Assembly (NCBI RefSeq): GCF_009914755.1
Contig: NC_060935.1
DNA length: 64,000 nucleotides
Direction: 5' to 3' (one strand)
DNA from: the human T2T-CHM13v2.0 reference genome, Homo sapiens
Numbering within the stretch: position 1 is the first letter of the stretch; each line of letters begins with the position of its first letter. Shown piece after piece: positions 54,854 through 64,000 of the stretch. Below the pieces are notes generated by a model. The model did not search any database and had not been told where the DNA came from. It saw only the letters and a list, made by a program, of their open reading frames with translations. Both the position numbers and the translations under genes were made by a program.

Positions 54854-55200
<347 letters not shown>

Positions 55201-56212
55201 AGCTAATAACAACTTTTAATGTGACTGATATTTATACTGATTTCTATGAGGAAGTTTACCAATATTATTTTTTTACAAGTATTTGTTCATTTAAAAAAAA
55301 TTAGTTATCCTTGGATCTAGGACCATTATTAAATTTGAACTAAGAATCTGCATTTTATATTTTACAAAAGAATCACATGTATTAAAAATCAAATCAAATT
55401 ATTCTGGACCATGTTTTATGAAAAACAAAATCTGTTGTAGAACTAATGAAAAGATTTTGAAAAGTAATTTGGTTCAAAAACTTTAAGATGTCTGAAAGAT
55501 TTCTACTCTCAGGAAAACACTAAGTATTTTTCATCCATTTAGGTAAAAATCCTGAATATATTGCATTAATTTAGCTTTTCCTCTGTTTCACTTCCAAATT
55601 TTACTCACGTTTCATTCTTTAGGATAAATCTAAATGAAAATACATCAATTATTTATATTTGATAGTTGATTTGAAGGTTTAGAATCACTGCTCCTCTCAA
55701 ACCATTAGGCAAACCTCTAACTAAACAGATGGGCTTTAAACATGTTTTACAAAATTTATATTTTACCAAATGGGAATAATTAGAGGTAACTGATACTATA
55801 ACCAATATATGTATTTGGAAAGAAGTTTCTCTTCCCTTTTCACAAAACTGTCATGACAGTGTTCCACATCATACACATAAATGCAAAAAGACAACAATTT
55901 ACATCTGAATTACTGTCATTTCTTATATGTAAAATTCTCTTTGTTTATGGCACACTTTAATAGCAGATGCATCTCAATTTTCACATGAATCACATCTCAT
56001 TTGTCTTTCCACAACCTTGAAATGTGTCAGTATGCTTATTAATTTCATTGCATATATTTATTCATTATGCTACACTCTACATGTTTTTTAAATGTGCAAT
56101 ATTTTTCCTGGGAAGTTAATGACAAAAATAGATTGCTCTGCATTTTTCTAATATCTATGACAGAAAAGCTAACCTTTTTTTGTTTGCTTGTTAATGTGTC
56201 ATTAAGGTGCTA

Positions 56213-57010
56213 GAGCAACATTGTCCAGTAGTAATATAATGTAAGCCACAAATATAATTTAAATTTTCCTACTAGCCGAATTAAAAGAAGTCAAGAAAAA
56301 TGAGTGAAACTAACATATCATAACAATATATTTTATTCAACCCACTATATATCCAAAATATTATCATTCTAAAATGTAATCAACATATAAAAAGTTACTG
56401 AGGTTTTTACTTTTTTTCATACTAAGTCTTCAAAATCTGGTGTGTATTTTATGCTTCCAACATATCTCATATTACATGCTAAGTATTCATCTGAAGTACC
56501 TGATCTGTGTTTAGATCCCATACAATTTTACAGTTAAAAAAGTTGATTTACATACTTAAGTTGTTCCAAACAAACTTGAAAATGTTCCAGTAACTGAGTC
56601 AAGTACCAAAGAATCATTTTCCTCAATATTTGCACCCACATTCACAAATAATTGATTTGACTTTCATGCAGAAGCATACTAATTTTAAAACTACATCTCA
56701 GTTAAATCAATTCACTAATTCTTGTGTTAATTTAGTATTAATCTTGAATTCAAGGTCAAAAAACAATTTTAGATTTATCAATATCAAGAAAGCCTTCAAA
56801 TTTTTCTTGTACTTTTGCAGCCAATTTACATGCTGTCATTTGTAAGTAAAATACTTTGCATATTCATTCACATGTCAAATCATTATTACTCATTTGTATT
56901 ATGAAAAGTTTGAATTTTAACATATATGCTTGTACCTGTGTAGTTAGGTCATGAATAAGCTTTTTTCCTGTCAATGGTGTCTCCAAATTTCACTCTTACA
57001 GATATTATTT
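56213..57010. mobile_element. Charlie1-like hAT DNA transposon fragment
   Basis: Terminus ttgtccagtagtaatataatgtaagccac is homologous to the MER33 end and is followed by Charlie-like internal sequence. Confidence 0.65.
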
Positions 57011-57629
57011 TCTAATAACAGTAAACAAATATATTCTATTATTACCATATTTTACAGAGTTTCAGCTAACCCTAGCCTGTGGCAACACTATATTTTATAG
57101 GCCTAAGGTTAGAGCTTTTTGTGGACTCCCCTTCCCCAAGTGAAAGCAGATGCACTTTTCTACATGCAACTTCATATTTGATTGCTCCCTAGTGGCAAAT
57201 TTGCAAACCAGGGAGCCCACATAGTGCCTTCTTCAACTGGGCAAAGTTATGGGAGACATTCACATTAAGTCAATTTGTATTTCTGATTGGTAATCTATTG
57301 TTTTGCATTTCTTTTATTATTGAAATGTTTAATCTTGCCTGAAAAATCTCCACTGTTCAAAACGGAGGCTTTATCCAAACAAGTCTTTATCCAAACAAGT
57401 CTATTAAGTCACCAATTTGAATCTTTTTATATTTATTTCCAAGGTGGCTGGGAAGTTCTGGGGCTAAAGTAATGCTACTATGCCCCTCACTGAACACAGG
57501 CCTCCTGGAAAACAGCATATATTTAAGGCTTGGTAAAAATAAATTATCTGGGAACTCATTATATCCTATATATTCTATACAATTATTCTTCTAGGCTTTG
57601 TGAACTTCTGTATAAGAATTAATAAATAA

Positions 57630-58130
57630 GAAAGCATATGTCCACATAAGAGCTTATACATTAATTTTCATAACAGCATTATTCATAATAATCAAAAAGT
57701 AGAAACAACCCAAATGTCCATCAACTGATGAATAGATAAACAAAATGTGGTATATCCACATAGTGGAACATTATTCAGCCATAAACAGGAATCAACCACT
57801 GATACATGCTACAACATGGATGAACCTTGAAAGCATTATGCTACATTAAAGAGGGCAGTCACAAAAGGCCACATAGTGTATGACACCATTTGTATGAAAC
57901 ATCTAGAATAGGCAATTCCATAGAGATAGAACATAGATTAGTGGTTGCTAGGAGCTGGAGGAAGGGGAAAATGGGGAGTGACTGTTAATGAGTATCAGGT
58001 TTCCTTTGGGGATGATGAAAATGCTCTGGAATAAAGTAGTGGTGATGTTCAACTTTGTGACTAAATTGAAAACTGCTGGATTGTACACTTTAAATGGGCG
58101 AATTTATGGTATGTGGATTATATTTCAATG
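57630..58130 (+). mobile_element. Old L1M 3' end
   Basis: aaacaacccaaatgtccatcaactgatgaatagataaacaaaatgtgg and L1MB/ME-type 3'UTR sequence. Confidence 0.8.
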
Positions 58131-59439
58131 AATATTATTAATAATTCAATAATATTGATTATATTTCAATGAATATTCAGTATATCTATATATTAAGAAT
58201 TATTGAACAAACAATTTTTTAAAATATAGTGTTTTCTATAGCCTTTACTAGCAGAGAAGACCCTTGCCCTTAGAACCTCCCATCCTGTCTTTACCAATAC
58301 ACTAGAGGTCTATTTAACTTTGAGTGGAAGGGATTATTTTTTCATCCTGAATGTTCTAATTGGACTAGGAGTCAAAAGATCTGGATTTTCCTCTTCCAAA
58401 ATCTGGTAGTTATGAGTTGTGTAACTTTGGATCAAGTCTGGCATTCAATTTCCTCATCTGTAAAAATGGCAATGGATTTGATGACATAAGTCAGGCATTT
58501 TTTAAAGACATTAATTTCCTTGTATAATTGTGTGGAAGGGACCTGATGATATTAAAAGACTCTTCCATTGCTGTCTCCTAGAGAACAGCCAAGTACTGCT
58601 GCAGAAAATCACCCAACAGGCCATGGTCCCCAACCTCAAATGAGCACTCAACACTGCCCAGCAATCCGGCTTTTTTTCTCCAAGTAGCTAATTCTTTCAT
58701 TCCCATTGTAAGCCATTTAAACTCTTCACCACTCTCAAAAATCACTCCTATACCCTGCACTTCTCCTTCTACTGTTAGAACATGATGTTACTTTTTACTT
58801 CACAGAGAAAATAGAAGCCAAGAGATAGCCAGTCTCTTAATATCCCCTTAGCTAAATGCATAAACTTGTCTGCATTCCATCTTCCTTCCTTCCTGTTACA
58901 GAGAGGAGGGCCTTACTTTTGCTTTAGGCAATTCTCCCAATGTGCTTTGAGGGTCATCCTATCCACCTTCTTAGGAACTTGACACCACTCCTTTTACCTC
59001 TACTCTCTTCTAATGGGTCCTTGCCAACAACTGCTAACCTAGTTCCAGCTTCTTTTATTAACAAAATAAAACATTGAACCCAGAGGATTGCTGGTATTTC
59101 CAGTTACTGACTAAAGAATAGCTGCCATTGGGCAAGGGTTGAATCACAGTTTATAATTCATTTTGTTGGCCAGCTTTGCCATTAGCTTATTCTTGATTAT
59201 TATCTTTTTACAATTTGAAAGTATTTGTATTAATTAAAATTTCATGCATTGTACTTTCTTCATACTTTTATGTTTCATTCTTTCATATTCACACTCAGTG
59301 TCATATTTGTGTGATGATTTGATTATTCTTTGTCTTTGCCACTAGATTGTAAGTTCACTGAGAACAGGTTCTGTGTCTGTATCCCCAGAGCACCTAATAA
59401 AAACTCAGTAAATATTTGTTAGAAAAAATGAATGAAGGA

Positions 59440-59741
59440 GGCCAGGCGCAGTGGCTCACGCCTGTAATCCCAGCACTTTGGGAGGCCAAGGTGGGAGAAT
59501 CACAAGGTTAGGAGTTTGAGACCAGCCTGATCAACATGGTGAAACCCCATCTCTACTAAAAATATAAAAATTAGCTGGGCATGGTGGCACGAGCCTTTAA
59601 ACCCAGCTACTCAGGAGGTTAAGGCAGGAGAATTGGTTGAACCCGGGAGGCAGTCGCAATGAGCCAAGATCGTGCCACTGCACTCCAGCCTGGGCAACAG
59701 AGTGAGACTCCATCTCAGAAAAAAAGAAAAGAAAACAAAAA
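59440..59741 (+). mobile_element. AluS
   Basis: Full sense Alu ending ~155 bp upstream of coding exon 7. Confidence 0.9.
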
Positions 59742-59895
59742 TGAAGGAATGGAATTCTATGAGACAGAACAAGCAAAGGACTAAATATCAGTTTGTTTAA
59801 AATTAGGCTGGTTTATAGATGTTAAATATTTTTAAATGCATTGTACATTATGATAACCAACAATGAGCATGAAATTTTTTGATGTTTTTATTCAG

Positions 59896-60041
59896 GCCAT
59901 GGAAGCAGGTCTCTCAGAGGTAAAAAGTGAGTTACAGTCACGTGATGATCTCTTGAGAATTATAGAAATGGAACGATTGCAATTACACAGAGAATTATTA
60001 AAAATAGGAGAGTGCCAAAATGCTCAAGGAAATAAAACAAG
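59896..60041 (+). CDS. DEUP1: DEUP1 coding exon 7 (AMEAGLSEVKSELQSRDDLLRIIEMERLQLHRELLKIGECQNAQGNKT-R)
   Basis: ttcag| acceptor, AAG|gtataa donor, 146 nt, phase 0-2. Overlaps ORF 59863..60060. Confidence 0.95.
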
Positions 60042-60284
60042 GTATAATCTTTATATTTGACAATCTGAGAGAACTGTTCAAAACATGATGTTTGAATGTT
60101 TTTAAGAGTTTTATATTTGAAATGAGAATATAAAGTCTATTTTGTATTAACATGTTAATTAGTGGGTAATATTAAATATTAAAAATAAAATTTATGGTTA
60201 TTTCATTTTCAAAATTAACATCTTCACTTACCTAGAAAATTATATCATGTCCTGATTTATGGATATTTCTGTCACACTGAGTCA

Positions 60285-60594
<310 letters not shown>

Positions 60595-60773
60595 TTATGT
60601 ATACTCAGAGAAATAAGATTTATTCTATATTTTTAAATGCCTTTGTTTTGATTGCCTATACCTGATGTCAACATTTTCACTTGTACATATTGTATTTATT
60701 TTGGCCACCAAACTCGCCATCTTGTCTGTTCCATTGAGGGTTCTTCTTAAAACAGATTTTTTTTTCTCTTTTA

Positions 60774-60847
60774 AAATCAGACAGATATTGTATATTCCAT
60801 AAACACAAAGGAAATCAGACAGATATTGTATATTCCATAAACACAAA
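60774..60847. repeat. Perfect 36-bp tandem duplication (period 38)
   Basis: aaatcagacagatattgtatattccataaacacaaa at 60774-60809 and 60812-60847. Confidence 0.95.
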
Positions 60848-63517
60848 CAAAATGGGACTGCTGAGGATTGTTAAATGTTTGTGTGTGTGAATAGACAGTT
60901 TGACTGCTTTAATAGTTCATTGATGCTCTTATTCTCATAGAACTTGAATCTTTCTCAAAATCAGAAAGCTAATGCCAGATCAATGATAGGATTTTAAAAA
61001 TTGAATAGCCAAATAGGGATGCTTTATTGAAAGATTGTTATATTGTTTTAAAGGCAATAATTATTTCTTCAAAGTTGTGAGACCTTCAAAGTTGTGAGAC
61101 CTGCTAGCATTTCTTTGAGGTCTATGCTTAATAACAAATGGCAACTTAAGATCCCTAAAATGACCTATTTGTGTGTCTTACCAAGGATGGTGACAGAATG
61201 CCTATTAGCCAATCTGCATTATCGAATGCTCTGTATACAAGATGTATACTATCATCACTGATTACTAATCAATCTGATATTTATTACATGTAGTGCTGTT
61301 CCAGTATGGTGAGTAATGTCTTCACATGAAGAAAATATATTCCTAAAAACATAAGACATTTCACAGAAGAGCACACCAATCAACCCATGTCTAGCTCTGG
61401 CTTTGTGAAGAGCATTGTAGGTACTTTTTATGGTGCTCTTAAGACCCATGCTGAATTCCAAACAGTGCCAACAGCCCTTCAATACACTATTTGATCTAAA
61501 ATCTTGCACTTATTTATATATTTGGCCAGTAAAAACTTTTTTGTTCTGCCTGTTTACCATCCTCTATTTAACTTGGCATTTATTTTGGTCTCCAGACTAC
61601 AGCTTTCTTATCCTAGAATTCAGTTCTAGAATTCTGAGATTTGATGAAAAGGTATAAGTTTAACTTTTCACAACTTCCATTGTATTTTAGAATTCTTAGC
61701 CTTCATCTTTTCCACTAAAAGAGTCTAATTTTTTTAGTTTGTTCTCATATGAATGCTGTTCTATCAGCTTTATTGTTTTGGTTTATTTTATTTAGACTGT
61801 TGCTTCTTTGTAGTTGTATCAAAGTGAAATACCCCAGACTACTGATAATAGATGCATAGTAGTTTTATAAAAGTAGCATGGTAATGTTCTTATTCATTTT
61901 CAGAAACTTTCTCAATAATGCTAAGCTTTTGTTAGCTTTTTCTATTTTTTTTTAGTTGTAGAAGCACCCTGGGTTGATATGTTCTGAGAGTTATTAAACT
62001 AATTTCATACTCTTGTTCTACATGACAAATAATAGTTCCCTTATACATGTACATTAGCATTTTATATTATCATGATTACGGTTTTCTTCTATTCACTTGT
62101 CCACATTGGAGTTTGACATTTGTTTCATTCACTCACTGAATTTTGCAAGACCACCATGAGGATTTTAGCATTCAATTCAGCATTCTACTTCCTGAAATTG
62201 CTTAGGAAGAATTAAAAAATATGGAAATTTTTCACTCATTTCAAATTATAGGAAATAATGAAAACTTAAGACTGATCCTGAAATAATATTTTAGGAGAAT
62301 ATTGGATAAAATGGAAAATGCTCACAATATATTACTAAGTAGGAAACAAAAGGACACTGAAAAATAATGTGTATAGTATGTTCTAATTATATGGGAAGTG
62401 TATATTTCTTTGCACACATATATGCATAGGGAAAAATATATTTACCGCACATAAAAATGCTAATGATGGTTTTTCCTGAATGTTAACATTACAGCAGTAT
62501 ATTATACTCTGATATACTTTGTTATCCACAGTTAACATATATATTTGATAATCACAAAAAAAGCAATCTAGTCTAGATACATGTAACTCAGGGATATCAC
62601 TACCAACTTAATACCTTTTATAACAGATCCTCTATTTTCAATCTTTAAATTAGCAATTTCTTTATCATTACTCATATTTGGGTTTTTTATTTGTGTGGTT
62701 GAAATTTCTGAAGGTGTGAAATCTTCTCAAAAGTTATCTGGAAACCTAAAATTGTACTCACAAGTGGATATGTTCCTCAAAACAACAGACTCCTCCAGAA
62801 TAGTCAAGCCTGACTTCCAGTAGAAAGCATGCTGCTTCCCCTACCTGGTTATCTTTATTTTTGTGTTTTTGTGATTTTTATTTCACTGGTTTGTCTCATA
62901 TGAAAGTGAACATTATCTGCTTAGACATCTTCAAACCTCCTGTGGGTATTATACTCTTTATACTAGTTTCTGCTTTTCTCCTCTAATATTAATATGTGGT
63001 TGCAATTCCACTTTATAAATTAAGCAGCCAAAGAATAGATGTATTTGAGTACTCTCTGGTTAGACTGTCAGAGTTAATGATGTTTTATCTCTTTTATAGA
63101 ACAGTTGCTCCCCTTAGACTTCTCATGACATAGTTCCTTTCCACAATACATTAGCAAGTTGGGTGTGTTTCCTTTTTTTAAATGGGTTACCAAGCTATTT
63201 TATTATAGCATACAGTCTTTTCTTTTTTCCCAAAATCTTATCTACATATGCAATCCCAGTATTCTGCCAATTTTTAATGTATAATTGAAATTCCTTATTA
63301 ATTGCTTCCTTTCTTCCATTGAAACCATTTGCACTTAAAGATGTAAATACTTATGGGATCTGAATGTATTAGAACTTGCAATTTCTGTAACTAAAAATGT
63401 TTCCAACAAAGTAATGATCTATCTCCGCAGCCTGTAATGGTCTAAATTAACAATATAATCGTTACAATTTATCAAGTTAAGCTTAATTTTAATCATTATT
63501 TTATGTTTAATTTGTAG

Positions 63518-63623
63518 ACTTGAATCATCTTATTTGCCTTCTATTAAAGAACCAGAAAGGAAAATAAAAGAGCTGTTTTCAGTGATGCAAGATCAACCAA
63601 ATCATGAAAAAGAATTGAACAAG
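63518..63623 (+). CDS. DEUP1: DEUP1 coding exon 8 (LESSYLPSIKEPERKIKELFSVMQDQPNHEKELNK); gene continues beyond window
   Basis: ttgtag| acceptor, AAG|gtatga donor, 106 nt, phase 2-0. Completes the split AG+A codon from the previous exon. Confidence 0.93.
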
Positions 63624-64000
63624 GTATGAAAAATAATGAGCTCCATTCTTCCAGGTAGATGTGAACTCTTTACATACAAAGGGAGTTAAAAAAAAATCTT
63701 TCTTCTCACTCCCTTTGTTTTCCTTCTGTATTTTTTTGTAAGGTGATAATCTACCAAGCTGCTAATTCCGACATTTTAATGTGTGAGACTACAAAAAACA
63801 CAAACCTTAAGTTATCACTGTGCTACTGGGAGACTGCCCACGACACGTGGAGGGTGGAGGGCTGGAGGCTCCATGATAGGTGGCTTATAGCAAGAAAGTT
63901 GAGAGCACAGACTCTGGTGCTCAACCACACACGTAAGCTTGGAGAAGTTTCCTGTGCAAGATACTGAGGAGCCTCATTTCTAAGGTGGAAATAATTGGTA

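Overview
This is primate genomic DNA, almost certainly human because it carries an AluYa5 with all five diagnostic bases. It holds the 5' part of DEUP1 (CCDC67, deuterosome assembly protein 1, the CEP63 paralogue) on the + strand. The gene has a CpG-island promoter and probable non-coding first exon near 5.2-5.8 kb, followed by eight coding exons at 7072-63623. All eight have canonical AG/GT boundaries and splice into one open frame of 347 codons (MENQAHNTMGTSPCEAELQELMEQIDIMV...HEKELNK). The gene continues past the window end. The rest is intronic and dominated by Alu, L1, L2, MIR, MaLR LTR and hAT DNA-transposon remnants; most of the longer ORFs in the track fall in these repeats or in the GC-rich island. 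I found no new gene system, RNA gene or CRISPR array. The most unusual observations are: (1) a ~300-bp inverted copy of a THE1A LTR-plus-flank junction inserted into an AluJ 11 kb away in the same intron; (2) an Alu whose target-site duplication also encloses 78 bp of non-Alu sequence beyond its tail, a candidate Alu 3' transduction; (3) an AluYa5 forming an inverted Alu pair around two phase-0 exons; (4) an RFX/MYB/E2F motif cluster in the promoter and a start-stop uORF just before the DEUP1 ATG. Repeat subfamily names come from recalled consensus sequences. Repeat boundaries without a stated TSD are approximate.
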